A DNA stretch of 64,000 nucleotides. Source: an uncultured Planctomycetaceae bacterium (GTDB lineage: Bacteria; Planctomycetota; Planctomycetia; Planctomycetales; Planctomycetaceae). The notes beneath the pieces are model-generated. The model saw only the letters and a program-made list of their open reading frames with translations, searched no databases and was not told the DNA's origin. Both the position numbers and the translations under genes were made by a program. Position 1 is the stretch's first letter; every line of letters begins with the position of its first letter. This document shows, one piece after another, positions 33,951-45,166 of this stretch. The stretch lies in contig CAWFGE010000015.1 of assembly GCA_963815195.1 (NCBI GenBank), forward strand, positions 448,001-512,000, read 5' to 3'.

Positions 33951-35501
33951 ATGTCGCCTAATCTGAGTCGTCTCGTGGCAGCCGTGGGAGTGGCGGTCCT
34001 GTTGGTCGGCACGGTGATCACCTACGAGAAATACCGCGGCACCGATCTGAGCCGGGTCCCGGCGCTGGCAATGATAGGCGGCGACGGCGAAGACGCCGAC
34101 GATCAAAGTTCGCCCGAGGCCGTTCGCGGTTTGAAGGCGTCCCCGGCCGCCGGGCATTCGCGAATGCTGACCAAGGATCTCACCGTGTATCCCATGATGA
34201 AAAAAGGCATGCGGACGCCGTTCGACGTGTGGCGGTATTATGGCCGGGGAGAGACGTCTTTCGGTTCGCCGATGCTGCCGATGCGGTTCGAGCAGTGGGT
34301 CCTTTTTCATCAAAAGCAAAAGCCGGGGCTGATGCGGGACATCAAAACGTACATGGAATCGCGGTTCGACTTTTCGGGACAGACGGTTCCGGGGCAGTTG
34401 ATGTCCGGCGGGAAGCCGATCATGCTCGGGCCCGTCGCGAGGCTCTCTGGCGAAGTAGAATCGTTCGAAGCGTTGGCGAAGCGGTCTCCCCAGGAGATCA
34501 AAGAGGAAGGCCTGTTCCCCTATGTGCCGCTGGCGCATCCGCTCCAGTCCACCGCGCACATGGTGTTCCCGGAGCAGTGGATCAAGGCGCATCCCGAGCA
34601 TCGGCGGATCGATGTGGACATGGATTTTCCGGATGCCTACCTGCCGGAGTTCCCGCCGCCTTTGTTTTTGACGACGCACAAGGAACTGGGCGATGTGACC
34701 AACGGCCGGGAGGTCACGCTCGACAATTTCTATGAAATCTTCGACGGGATTCTGACGCCCGAGCAGATGGAGGGATTGAAGGAACTCTTGCGGCCGTCGC
34801 CGACGACGTGGTTCAACCACACGGAGCACCGCGTGACGCGAAAGCCGTCGAAAGGCGTGGCGTGTTTCGACTGCCACGTCAACGGGCACACGAACGGGGC
34901 GTTCGAATTGGGACCCGATTCCCGCCCGCACATGGCCCGGCTCCGCGTGGACACGCCCACGATGCGGGGCAACTTCAACCTCATGCAGTTGTCGTCGAAG
35001 CGGTCGATCCGCAGCCTGGATCATTTCGCGGAAGTCGAAGAATACTTCGACGGCGACCCCGGCATGCAGCAGGCGATCGGCCCGCGGGCGGTCAAGCGGG
35101 AAGTCACCAACCGCATGGGGGACTTTAACGCCATCATCGACAACCCGCCCGCACCGAAACTCGGCCCGTTGATGCGGCTCATCCCGGAAGAGGCCACCGC
35201 GCAGGAACTCCGCGGCGAGGCGCTGTTCCACGGGAAGGCCCAATGCGCCAAATGCCACTCCGGCCCGGCGTTCGTGGACGATTATCTGCACGACCTGCGG
35301 GCCGAGCGGTTTTATGTCGGCCGGCCTGAAGGACCGATCAAGACGTTTCCGCTGCGGGGTATCAAAGATTCCCCGCCCTATCTCCACGACGGCCGCTGCC
35401 CCACGCTGCACGATGCGGTGGAGTTTTTCAACCTCGTCCTGGAACTCAAACTCACGCGGGAAGAAAAAGACGACCTCGTGGCGTTTCTGCTCTGTTTGTG
35501 A
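33951..35501 (+). CDS. Di-heme cytochrome c (cytochrome c peroxidase-like)
   Basis: CFDCH and CAKCH heme motifs; DTPTMRG; PPYLHDG; N-terminal membrane anchor. Confidence 0.85.
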   Translation: MSPNLSRLVAAVGVAVLLVGTVITYEKYRGTDLSRVPALAMIGGDGEDADDQSSPEAVRGLKASPAAGHSRMLTKDLTVYPMMKKGMRTPFDVWRYYGRGETSFGSPMLPMRFEQWVLFHQKQKPGLMRDIKTYMESRFDFSGQTVPGQLMSGGKPIMLGPVARLSGEVESFEALAKRSPQEIKEEGLFPYVPLAHPLQSTAHMVFPEQWIKAHPEHRRIDVDMDFPDAYLPEFPPPLFLTTHKELGDVTNGREVTLDNFYEIFDGILTPEQMEGLKELLRPSPTTWFNHTEHRVTRKPSKGVACFDCHVNGHTNGAFELGPDSRPHMARLRVDTPTMRGNFNLMQLSSKRSIRSLDHFAEVEEYFDGDPGMQQAIGPRAVKREVTNRMGDFNAIIDNPPAPKLGPLMRLIPEEATAQELRGEALFHGKAQCAKCHSGPAFVDDYLHDLRAERFYVGRPEGPIKTFPLRGIKDSPPYLHDGRCPTLHDAVEFFNLVLELKLTREEKDDLVAFLLCL

Positions 35502-35507
35502 CCGAAG

Positions 35508-36205
35508 CTACTTCACAAACTCGGGCGTGATGAACACCAACGTCTGCCGCTTTTCTCGCGCAACGGCCACGTTACGGAAATACCTCGAGATTAGGGGCAA
35601 ATCACCGAGGACGGGAACCTTGTTTACTGAGGCGGCGTTCATAAAATGCGTTCCCAAATTGACGACCAGTGTTTGGCCCAAAGGCACGGTGGCATCGATG
35701 TGGGTGGATTGGCCGCGGTTTTTGCCGTCGATTTTCAAATCCAACGCTCCAGGCGCTTTGGAGAACCTGGCCAGCATCTTAATCTCCATCGAATAATTCT
35801 CGGTGCCCGGCGGGCCGGTCTGTGCCAAGTGCATCTCCGTTGGCTTGTCCAAGAACCCGCGAGCTTGAGGTCGCGAGAGAATTTTGCAGCTCCCCGCCAA
35901 CTTTTGTTGGAGCGATTGGGCCGCGGTCGGTGTCAGAACGATGTAGGGTTTGGGTTTCTCGGCGGAAGCCTTTTTCACTGGGGAATTTTTGGGGGCCGAT
36001 TGGAAAGCGATCCCCAGGTCCGGCACATCCACAAACAGGACCTGGGCGGTGAGATTCTCGGCGGTGATATGAGGTTTTTCGGCAACGGCCGGTGGGCGTT
36101 TGGGGTTGCGCGGGGAGGAGCTTGATCCCCGCAGAATCCGCGATCGGCGAATCCCACGAAACCTGCACCAAACAAAACCGCCGCCAACAGAACATGTCGG
36201 ATCAT
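35508..36205 (-). CDS. Short exported protein with a secretin-like C-terminal motif (frameshift near 36110)
   Basis: Signal MIRHVLLAAVLFGAG in ORF 35975..36277; ILSRPQ and KVPVLGDLPLISRYF...LVFITP in ORF 35508..36224. Confidence 0.6.
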
Positions 36206-36373
36206 CGCACACTCCTTTGTACACGGACGAAAAACCGCGCGGACTTTACCAGTCCAGCGGTGATCGCTCAAGACCATCTGTGCCGTGCTTGACGTTTGTG
36301 TTCGCGTCCACGTACCTTATCGGTTGGCAAATTCCGCGCGCTCCACCCGCATCTTTCTTCGGAATGAACATCT

Positions 36374-37372
36374 ATGGCCAAAGCTTTCCTTTCGATGCTG
36401 GTTCTCTTTCCGCTGGCCCCCGCGCTTCGGGCGGCGGAGGATGCGGAGGCTCGGCAGACGGTGATTGTCGTCGTCGGCACGCCGGGGAATGAGGAATATG
36501 CGAAGAACTTTTCCCAATGGGCCGACCGTTGGGAAACGGCCGTCAAGAAGGCGCAGGCGAAGCTGGTGCGGATCGGCGATGGGCCGGAACCGAAGGACGC
36601 CGATGAATCCAGCGACCGCGCGGTGCTCGAGCAAACCTTCGCGGGCCTGGCGGAGGCGAAACCCGCCGCGGTGTGGCTGGTGTTGATCGGGCACGGCACC
36701 TTCGACGGAAAGCGGGCGAAGTTCAACCTGCGCGGGCCGGATGTCACCGCGGAGGACCTGGCCGAGTGGCTGGGGCCGCTTTCGGCGCCCGTGGCGGTGG
36801 TGAATTGTGCTTCCGCGAGCGGGCCGTTTATCAATCGGCTCTCCGGCGAGAACCGGGTGATCGTCACCGCGGCCAAAAGCGGCTACGAACTGAACTACGC
36901 CCGGTTCGGCGAGCATCTGTCCGCCTCGATCGCCGACCCCGACGCCGACCTCGACAAGGACGGGCAGACTTCGCTGTTGGAAGCGTTTCTCGCGGCGTCG
37001 GCGGCGGCCCAGGATTTCTACAAGCAGGAAGGCCGACTGGCGACCGAGCACGCTTTGATCGACGACAACGGCGACGCCTTGGGCACGCCGGCGGATTGGT
37101 TTCGCGGCTTCCGCGCGGTCCGCACCGCGAAAGAAGGCGCTGTTCCCGACGGCAGCCGGGCGAACCAGTTTGTGCTCGTTACCGGCAAAGACGATGAGCG
37201 ATTGACGGCCCGAGCGAAAAAACGCCGCGACGAATTGGAACTCGAAATCGCCGGATTACGATCGCAGAAGCCGCAACTCGCCGAGGACGATTATTACCGC
37301 CGACTGGAGCCGTTGCTGTTGGACCTCGCCCGGTTGTACGCGGAAGCCGAGTCGGAATCCGCAAAGCACTAA
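36374..37372 (+). CDS. Secreted hypothetical protein, caspase/peptidase C13-like fold
   Basis: Signal peptide; LVLIGHG and VNCASASG; DLDKDGQ; TEHALIDDNGD. Confidence 0.65.
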   Translation: MAKAFLSMLVLFPLAPALRAAEDAEARQTVIVVVGTPGNEEYAKNFSQWADRWETAVKKAQAKLVRIGDGPEPKDADESSDRAVLEQTFAGLAEAKPAAVWLVLIGHGTFDGKRAKFNLRGPDVTAEDLAEWLGPLSAPVAVVNCASASGPFINRLSGENRVIVTAAKSGYELNYARFGEHLSASIADPDADLDKDGQTSLLEAFLAASAAAQDFYKQEGRLATEHALIDDNGDALGTPADWFRGFRAVRTAKEGAVPDGSRANQFVLVTGKDDERLTARAKKRRDELELEIAGLRSQKPQLAEDDYYRRLEPLLLDLARLYAEAESESAKH

Positions 37373-37373
37373 A

Positions 37374-37457
37374 GGCGAGCGGGAGGTGTCAGCCTCCTGG
37401 TTTCTTTGGGTTTCAGGTGGATCAACATGACCAGGAGGCTTACGCCTCCCGCTCGCC
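37374..37457. repeat. REP family A inverted pair
   Basis: GGCGAGCGGGAGGTGTCAGCCTCCTGGT ... ACCAGGAGGCTTACGCCTCCCGCTCGCC; the right arm supplies the last codons and stop of the GT39 gene. Confidence 0.8.
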
Positions 37458-38755
37458 TGGACGCGAATGGCCGCAGGCTCTCGCGGCCAACAGCACGACC
37501 GCGGGCATGACGGGGGCGCGCATGCGGGTGTTGGACCAGTACACGAGATGCACCGCGCAAAAGCCGGCGATCATCAACACCAGCGGCCACCATAAAGCCC
37601 ACTCCGCGCGCCGCAGCCGAACGAGTCCGACGAGAAAGCCCAGGACGATGAGGCCGTAAAACACAGCGACCAATCCCGTCACGATGCCCACGAAAATCCC
37701 CGCCGCCGAGGCCCAGGTTTCAAGGCCCAACGCCTGGCAGCCGCGCTTCCAGAGTTTGGCCACGGCGCTCTGGGCGGACACCGGCGGCAGCACGTTCCAG
37801 AACCTGAGGAACCTGAGGCCGCACGCCCGCAGAAACAGCCCCGGCTCATCGAAGATGTTTCGCCGAGCCCGGCGGGCCAACCAGCGGTCGCGTTCGATTT
37901 CGGTTGTCGCCGGCGGCCGGGCCTGGCTCATGTCTTTTTCCAGGGAAGCTTGCCAGCGGGCGAGACTGTCGCCCTGCCAGGTCGTGCCTAAGGGAGCCTC
38001 GACCACTTCCTGGTAAAACACGGGATTGTTCCCCAAGAGCAACGTGTAGCCGCCGTGCGTGGTCGTGAGGCGGGGCTGGCCGAGGACGACGGCATTCCGG
38101 ATCACCCAAGGCGACACGCCGACGAGCAGTCCCAAAACGGCCAGCCAAGGCATCGGCGTCGGGGCGGCCGTCCGCCGGGACCTGTCGGCCCAAATCGCGA
38201 GGGCGAGGATTCCAAAGATCAAAAACGTCGGGCGGCTGAGTACGCACAACGCCAACACGAGTCCCGCGAAAAATTGCCGCGGCCGCGAAACGGGCAACGG
38301 CACCAAAAGACAGAGCATCCCCACTGCCAGAAACGTGCACAGCGTTTCGGTCATGGGCACCGTGGAGTATTGCAACAGCAACGGATCGACAGCGATAACG
38401 ACGGCCGCGGCTTTGGCGCCCCGATCGAGATTCAACCGCAGACCGAGCCCCCACGTCAAAAACACCGTCCCCGTTCCAAAGAGGACGTGCAGAAAGGCAA
38501 TCCCCGCATTCCCGCCGCCCGCCGCGAAGATCGCGGACAATAAAAGCGGATAAAGCGGCGGCCGGAATGCGGTCGGCCGGCCCGTTTCGGGATTCGAGAA
38601 GCCGTCCCCCGCCGCGACTTGTTCCGCAATTCCGCGATAGCCGTCGATGTCGTCGTTCAGCCGGTCTCGCTGCACCGCGAGGCGCCGCCGCGAACGCAGA
38701 GCGTCAGTGCGAACAACCCGATCAAAAATCGCTTGTGGGCGTGAACTCGAGACAC
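37440..38755 (-). CDS. ArnT/PMT-like membrane glycosyltransferase (GT39/GT83; frameshift near 38680)
   Basis: DDIDGY, PTAFRPPLYP, MTETL, LSRP, PWVIRN, RMRAP; N-terminal TM lies in the adjacent frame from GTG 38755. Confidence 0.78.
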
Positions 38756-38914
38756 GTTAACTCGCCGGCGGCTCCTTACGGGGAAATGGACAGTCGATAT
38801 TCTATTATAAGGGGCAGGCCTCAATTGAAACCAATTGCCGCATCGGGTTATCCTGGCGGTGACATACGACAAATCCTTGTCGGTTCTTCTTGCGCTCCTG
38901 GAAGGTTTCAACCC

Positions 38915-40327
38915 ATGCGATTAATTCGCTTCTGCGTTCCGGCCTTGTGCGGATTCTTGATGGCTGTTTTATCCGTCGCCGCTCCGCTGTCTTTGAAGGC
39001 GGCCGAGGCGAAGCCGAACATTGTGATTCTGCTCGCCGACGACCTGGGCTATGCCGACGTGAGCTTCCACGGGGGAAAAATCCCCACGCCTCACATCGAC
39101 CGCATCGCGAAGGAAGGCGTGCGGCTCGAGCGGTTTTATGCCTGCCCGGTCTGCTCTCCGACGCGGGCGGGTTTGATGACGGGCCGCTGGCCGTTGCGGA
39201 TGGGAATTATGCGGACCGTGATTCCGCCGTGGCGGAAGTGGGGCCTGCCCGCGGAGGAAAAAACGCTTGCGGAGCTTCTGGCCGACGCCGGTTACAAGCA
39301 CCGCGGCATCTTGGGCAAATGGCATCTCGGCCACGGCAAGCCCAGCCATCACCCTTTGGACAACGGCTTCACGTATTTCTACGGCCATTACAACGGGGCG
39401 ATCGATTATTTCACCCATGAGCGGGAAGGCGAAACCGACTGGCACCGAAACCGCGAGACGATCAAGGAGGAGGGCTACACGACCGAACTGCTCGCGGCCG
39501 ATGCGGAGCGTTTTATCAACGAGTGCTCCGCCGAGCAGCCGTTCTTTTTGTACGTGCCGTTCAACGCGGTGCACAGTCCGTTTCAATCGCTGGACCGCGA
39601 CGTCGAGAAGTTTCCCGATGTCCGCCCCAAACGCCGGCGGGTTTATTCGGGGATGACCGCGGCTTTGGACCGGGCCGTGGGGAAGATTCTCGATGCCCTC
39701 GACAAGCGGAACCTCGCCGACAATACCTTTGTGCTGTTTTTCTCCGACAACGGCGGCGTGCGCGGCGTGGGAGACAACACGCCGCTCCGCGGAGCAAAGA
39801 CGACCGTGTACGAAGGCGGCATCCGCGTGGCGGCCGCGGCCCGCTGGCCGGCGGGCGGCATCCAAGGCGGCGGCTCCGTCAACGGCGTGATGGGCTACAT
39901 CGACGTGTACCCCACCGTCAAGCGGATCGCCGGCCTGGAAAATGTTCCCGACCCCAACCCGCTCGACGGCGTGGATGTTCTCGACGTGATGCGCAGCCGA
40001 GGCGAAGCGCCGAATCGCGACTGGTTCAGCTATATCTCGATGAAAGGCACCGACGAACATGTCAGCGTGATCTCGGGCCGATATAAGCTCAACGTCCACG
40101 GCCCGTCGGTTTTGGAAAAGAACGCCGACGCGGACCGCACCCTGGAGCTTTTCGACCTGGAACAGGATCCGCGGGAAACCACGAACCTCATCGGCGATCA
40201 AAAAGACCGGGCCGACTCCTTGATGGAAAAACTCAAGACGTTTCGAAGTTGGAAGATCCACGGCGTGGACGGCTACGACGCCGGCCGCGAAGGGTTCAAA
40301 GCCCCGAAAGATTGGATCATCAAATAA
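38915..40327 (+). CDS. Arylsulfatase (formylglycine-dependent)
   Basis: KPNIVILLADDLG, CSPTRAGLMTGR, GKWHLG, SDNGG, YEGGIRV, DPRETTNL. Confidence 0.95.
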   Translation: MRLIRFCVPALCGFLMAVLSVAAPLSLKAAEAKPNIVILLADDLGYADVSFHGGKIPTPHIDRIAKEGVRLERFYACPVCSPTRAGLMTGRWPLRMGIMRTVIPPWRKWGLPAEEKTLAELLADAGYKHRGILGKWHLGHGKPSHHPLDNGFTYFYGHYNGAIDYFTHEREGETDWHRNRETIKEEGYTTELLAADAERFINECSAEQPFFLYVPFNAVHSPFQSLDRDVEKFPDVRPKRRRVYSGMTAALDRAVGKILDALDKRNLADNTFVLFFSDNGGVRGVGDNTPLRGAKTTVYEGGIRVAAAARWPAGGIQGGGSVNGVMGYIDVYPTVKRIAGLENVPDPNPLDGVDVLDVMRSRGEAPNRDWFSYISMKGTDEHVSVISGRYKLNVHGPSVLEKNADADRTLELFDLEQDPRETTNLIGDQKDRADSLMEKLKTFRSWKIHGVDGYDAGREGFKAPKDWIIK

Positions 40328-40336
40328 ACTCCTTCC

Positions 40337-40549
40337 GTAGCGGCGGCATCTTGCCGCCCCCCCTCGTTCCCAAGCTCCGGCTTGGGAACGCACTTGTTGC
40401 CAGGTTCTCCCTGGCAGCGTGCGAAGCGTCGTGCGACTTGCTTCCACATGGCAACGATAGGGCGGGTTTGCAGGCGAGTTCGTTGGGAACGCGTTGCGAA
40501 GCGGAGCTTCGCGAGAGTGCGTTCCCAAGCCGGAGCTTGGGAACGAGGG
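40337..40549. repeat. REP cluster: a family C copy plus a family F inverted pair
   Basis: GTAGCGGCGGCATCTTGCCGCC, then CCCTCGTTCCCAAGCTCCGGCTTGGGAACGCAC ... GTGCGTTCCCAAGCCGGAGCTTGGGAACGAGGG. Confidence 0.8.
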
Positions 40550-40579
40550 AAGGCTTTGCCGGTTAAATGAAAGGCGACC

Positions 40580-42290
40580 ATGAATCCTGCCTCAAAAATA
40601 ATTCCGTTCTTTTGCGGTCGATCGATTCACTGCTTCGCCTTGGTGATGTTCTGCGGCGTGCTGTTGGACCGTTCCGCGATGAGCGCGGCCGTTGCCGATG
40701 AGACCGCCGCTCCGGTCCCTGTCTCTCCCGAGGTGCTGAAACAGTACGAAACCTTCGCCTTGACCCACGACGGCGATGCCCAGCGCGGCAAGGCGGTGTT
40801 TGCCGACGAAAAGTGTTCCAAGTGTGCGGTGTGCCACAAAGTCAACGGGCGCGGCGGCGAGGTGGGGCCGGACTTGTCGCGGATCGGCGGGAAGTTCGAC
40901 CGCCCGCATTTGATCGAGTCTCTGTTGGAACCGTCCCGGCAGATCGTGGAAGGTTACCGCGTGACGATGTTCGCGCTCAAAGACGGCCGGGTGCTTGTGG
41001 GCATCGTCAAGGAACGCGATGAAAAAACGCTGACGCTACTCGACGCGGCGAACAAAAAGTTCTCCATCGCCAAGGACCAGATCGCCGAGCGGCACGAGAG
41101 CACGCGGTCGCTGATGCCCGACGGCCTCGCCGGGAATTGGAACCGGGAGCAGTTCACCGATCTGGTGGCCTATCTGGAAACGCTGCGGACCGGTTCCGAC
41201 GCCAAGTTCGGGGCGGGCGTGCGCGGTGGGATCCGGTTGCCGAAGGGATTTTCCATCGAAACCGTCGCCACGGGACTTTCCGGGGCGACGGCGCTCTGAA
41301 ACGACGGCGGACGGGCGGGTTTTCCTTTGCGAGCAGGAAGGCCGATTGCGGGTCGTCAAGCAGGACCGGTTGCTCGAGGAGCCGTTTGCCTCGTTCCCGG
41401 TGGACGCGAATTGGGAGCGCGGCCTGATCGGCGTCACCGTGCATCCCGATTTTCCCAAGACGCCCTCTGTTTATGTGTGCTATGTGGCGAAGGATCCCTA
41501 TCCGCATCATCGCGTGAGCCGCTTGACCGCGGTCGGCGATGTCGCCCGGCCGGGCAGCGAGCGGATTCTGTTCGAAGGCGACGACCAGCGCAAGCTCGGC
41601 GGCAAAGTCCCGGCGGGGCATCAAGGCGGAGCTTTGCATTTCGGCCGGGATGGGAAACTTTATCTTTCCCTGGGCGAGCAAACCGCCGAGACACCTTCGC
41701 AGAAATTGGATTCGCTGCTCGGAAAAATCCTCCGCCTCAATCCCGACGGCTCGATCCCCGCGGACAATCCGTTTTACGAAGAGACCCAAGGCAAATACCG
41801 CGCGATCTCGGCGCGGGGCTTTCGAAATCCCTTCACGTTCGCCATTCATCCGGAATCCGGGCTGATGCTCATTAACGATGTGGGCGGAAAATTCGAGGAA
41901 ATCAACGCCGGCCGCGCGGGCGGGAACTACGGTTGGCCCGTGGTCGATCATGGGCCGCGAAAGAAGGACGACAAGTTCCTCGGGCCGATCCACTGGTATC
42001 CGCAGGCTTCGATCGCCGGCGGAGATTTCGTGCCCGCGTCCGCCAATTGGCCCCAGGCGTTTCGCGACCGCTATCTGTTCGCGGATTTTGTGCAAGGGGA
42101 GATCCGCGCGATCGATCCCGGCCGCGCCGAGACCGCGGCCCCGTTTGCAGCGGGTCTCCGCCGCCCGGTCGATTTGCGATTCGCCCGCGATGGCAGTCTA
42201 TATATCCTCTTGCGAAACGCGTGGGTCATTGACGGCAAATACCAACCCGGCACGAGTTCGCTGATGAAAATCACGTTTGCTGGTTCCTAG
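40580..42290 (+). CDS. PVC-type heme-binding CxxCH domain fused to a PQQ-dependent sugar dehydrogenase (GSDH) (frameshift near 41297)
   Basis: GDAQRGK..CAVCH..VGPDLS..SLMP; ERGLIG, HQGG, GKILR, GFRNP, GGNYGWP. Confidence 0.88.
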
Positions 42291-42342
42291 TGCTTGTTGG
42301 TGGCCAAACATCGGATCAAGTTTCGAACCGAGCCATTCCAAG

Positions 42343-42432
42343 TGAGGATGGAAGATAGAGGATGGAGGATCGCAAGACAGGCAGTAGGCGGCACACAGAG
42401 TCTAACCTCCATCCTCTAACCTCGATCCTCAC
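42343..42432. repeat. Inverted arrays of short (about 7-nt) GAGGAT-type repeats
   Basis: gtgaggatggaagatagaggatggaggatcg ... cctccatcctctaacctcgatcctcac. Confidence 0.55.
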
Positions 42433-42510
42433 TCACAATCGGGACCTCGCGTCGATTCATTCTGGCGTTCTCACCCCAAGACAACTTCCTCAGTTCAACA
42501 GGAGCGATTC

Positions 42511-43630
42511 ATGCGAAAATGGTGTTTGACCTGCCTCTGTTTGTTGATGGCGATCGCGGCTTTTCGCGGAACGGCTTCGGCGAGGAACGGCGGCTGCTTT
42601 ACGTGGCGACGCCCGGGATTCGGAACTATCTGGAGTACGGCGGCCACGGGCTGCTGGTGTTCGACATCGATCGATGGCCACAGGTTCGTCAAGCGGATTC
42701 CGACCGGCGGCGTGGACACGAGACGGCACAACCGCTCAACGTCAAAGGCATCTGCGCTTCCGCCGAAGACCGGCTTGATCCATATCAGCACGATCACGAC
42801 GCTGATGTGTGTCGATCTGGTCACCGAAAAGTTGCTGTGGGAACGCGGATACGACAAGGGTTGCGACCGGATGGCCCTGTCTCCCGACGGGACGGATCAT
42901 CTATCAGCCGTCGCTGGAGCAGGACCAGTGGTACGTTCTCGATGCGGCCACCGGCGATGAGATCACCCGCATCACGCCCGACTCGCGGGCCCACAACACG
43001 GTCTATGGTCTTGACGGCAAACGGTGCTATCTGGCAGGGCTGGGGTCGCCAATCTGCTGTCGGTGGCGGACACGCACGAGCCACACAATCTCGCAGCAGG
43101 TCGGGCCGTTCTCCGGCAACATCCGGCCGTTCACGATCAACGGCAAGCAGACGCTGGCGTTCTGTCTGCGTCAACGAGTGTCTGGGCTTCGAGGTGGGCG
43201 ACCTCACGACCGGTAAGATGCTGCATCGTGTGGAGGTGCCGGGTTATCCAAACGGGGCCCGGTCAAACGCCACGGCTGCCCGTCCCACGGCATCGGCCTG
43301 ACGCCGGACGAAAAAGAGCTCTGGGTCTGCGACGCCTTCAACCAGAAGCTGCACGTGTACGATGCGACGGTGATGCCGCCGAAGTATCTGGAGAGCATTG
43401 CCTGCCGGGACCAGCCGGGCTGGATCACGTTCAGCATCGACGGCACGCTGGCGTATCCCTCGTCCGGGCGACGTGATCGACGTGGCGAGCCGGAAGATCG
43501 TCGCGACGCTTGACCGACGAGAGTGGGCCAGGCGGTCGGCAGCGAAAAACTGCTGGAAATCGACTGGGACGGACGAGAGGCCCGATTCGTGCCGGCAACC
43601 AGTTCGGCATCGGCCGCGTGACGAAGTGAA
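42511..43630 (+). pseudogene. YncE-like secreted beta-propeller protein broken by roughly ten frameshifts (pseudogene or low-quality sequence)
   Basis: A coherent protein can be threaded across frames: LYVATPGIRNYLEYGGHG / GCDRMALSPDG / AHNTVYG / IRPFTING / HGCPSHGIGLTPDE / PGWITFSIDG. Confidence 0.7.
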
Positions 43631-43861
43631 TCCGCCCGCGGAATTCGCTTTGCGGACAGCGAACGGCTATACTATCACCCAATCCGCCCGCCGGCGGAAT
43701 TGTTCCCGACGATCGGATGAAGAATGAAAATCGCCGCTCGCTTCGCGGCCAAATCGCGACGGCTGCCCGCGACGGACGGCGTTTTGACCAAGACGTTCGG
43801 CTGTCCCTTTCGGATGCTATTCTGCAAATCCGGGAATCCTTAGAACTCGAGGAGCGATGAC

Positions 43862-45166
43862 ATGAAGCTTCGATCGACGGCGGTGGTGTGGAGTGTTCTG
43901 GCCGCGATGTTTGCGACCAGCGCAAACGCCCTGGATTGGCCGCAGTGGCGCGGCCCCAATCGCGACGGAATGGCGGCGGAGTTCCAAGCCCCCAAGACCT
44001 GGCCCAAGGAACTCAAGAAAGGGTGGAGCGTCCCGGTCGGCGAAGGCGTCGCCACGCCCGCGCTCGTGGGGGGCCGCCTGTATGTATTCGGCCGGGAGGA
44101 CGGGCAGGAAGTCGTCCGCTGTCTGAACGCCAATTCGGGCAAGGAAATCTGGAAGGACAAGTATGAATCCGGCGACGCGGACGGAGCGGCCGCCCGCTTT
44201 CCGGTGCTCGGTCCGCGAAGCTCGCCCGCGGTGGCGGACGGGAAAGTCGTCACCCTCGGCACGCGGGGAACGCTCTCCTGCTACGATGCGGACAAAGGAA
44301 AACTGCTCTGGCGGAACGATGAGTTTCACGCCTGGCCCCGGTTTTTTGTGTCGAGTTCGCCGCTGATCACCGATGGCCTATGCATTGCTCAATTGGGCAG
44401 CGAGCGCGGCGGCGGCATCGTCGCTTACAATCTCGCCACGGGCCAGGAAAAATGGAAATGGACCGGCGACGGGCCGGCGTACGGGTCGCCCGTGCTTGCG
44501 AAAATTGGGGACACCCAGGCGGTGATCGCCCCGACTGCGGGAAATCTCGTCGCCCTCGATGCGTCCAATGGAGACCTATTGTGGGAACAGCCCTACAGCC
44601 AGGGCCGATACAACGCCGCTACGCCGATCGTGGCCGGCCAGACCCTGATTTTCGCGGGGCCGACCCGCGGAATGACGGCGAAAAAACTCGTGGCCGGAGA
44701 CAAGAAACTCGCGGCCGAAGATCTCTGGAGCAACCCCGATAACTCCGTGATGTACGACACGCCGGTTGACAAGAACGGCCTGCTCTTCGGTCTGTCCAAC
44801 TTGAACAGTCTGTTCTGCATCGACACCCAGACCGGCAAGACGGTCTGGAACGCTCCCGTGAATGCTCAAGCCGAGGCCGGGAACAATCCGCAGCGACCGC
44901 AAGGCGGTCAACAAGGCCGAGGCCGCCGAGGACGGCGCGGCGGCGGCGGTAGCGGAGGGTACGGCTCGGTCGTTGCGGCCGGGGACGTGCTTTTGGCGCT
45001 GACTCCCGCGGGTGAACTGATCGTCTTTGAACCGAGCGATCAGGATTTTAAACAACTCGCCCGCTATAAAGTGGCCGACGGAAACACCTACAGCTATCCC
45101 GTCGTTTCCGGAAACCGGCTGTTCATTAAAGACAAGGATTCGCTGACGCTTTGGACGCTGCAATAG
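43862..45166 (+). CDS. PQQ-like (BamB-type) beta-propeller repeat protein
   Basis: DWPQWRGPNRDG, GKEIW, RSSPAVADG, SSSP, YGSP; Gly/Arg-rich insert near the C-terminus. Confidence 0.88.
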   Translation: MKLRSTAVVWSVLAAMFATSANALDWPQWRGPNRDGMAAEFQAPKTWPKELKKGWSVPVGEGVATPALVGGRLYVFGREDGQEVVRCLNANSGKEIWKDKYESGDADGAAARFPVLGPRSSPAVADGKVVTLGTRGTLSCYDADKGKLLWRNDEFHAWPRFFVSSSPLITDGLCIAQLGSERGGGIVAYNLATGQEKWKWTGDGPAYGSPVLAKIGDTQAVIAPTAGNLVALDASNGDLLWEQPYSQGRYNAATPIVAGQTLIFAGPTRGMTAKKLVAGDKKLAAEDLWSNPDNSVMYDTPVDKNGLLFGLSNLNSLFCIDTQTGKTVWNAPVNAQAEAGNNPQRPQGGQQGRGRRGRRGGGGSGGYGSVVAAGDVLLALTPAGELIVFEPSDQDFKQLARYKVADGNTYSYPVVSGNRLFIKDKDSLTLWTLQ

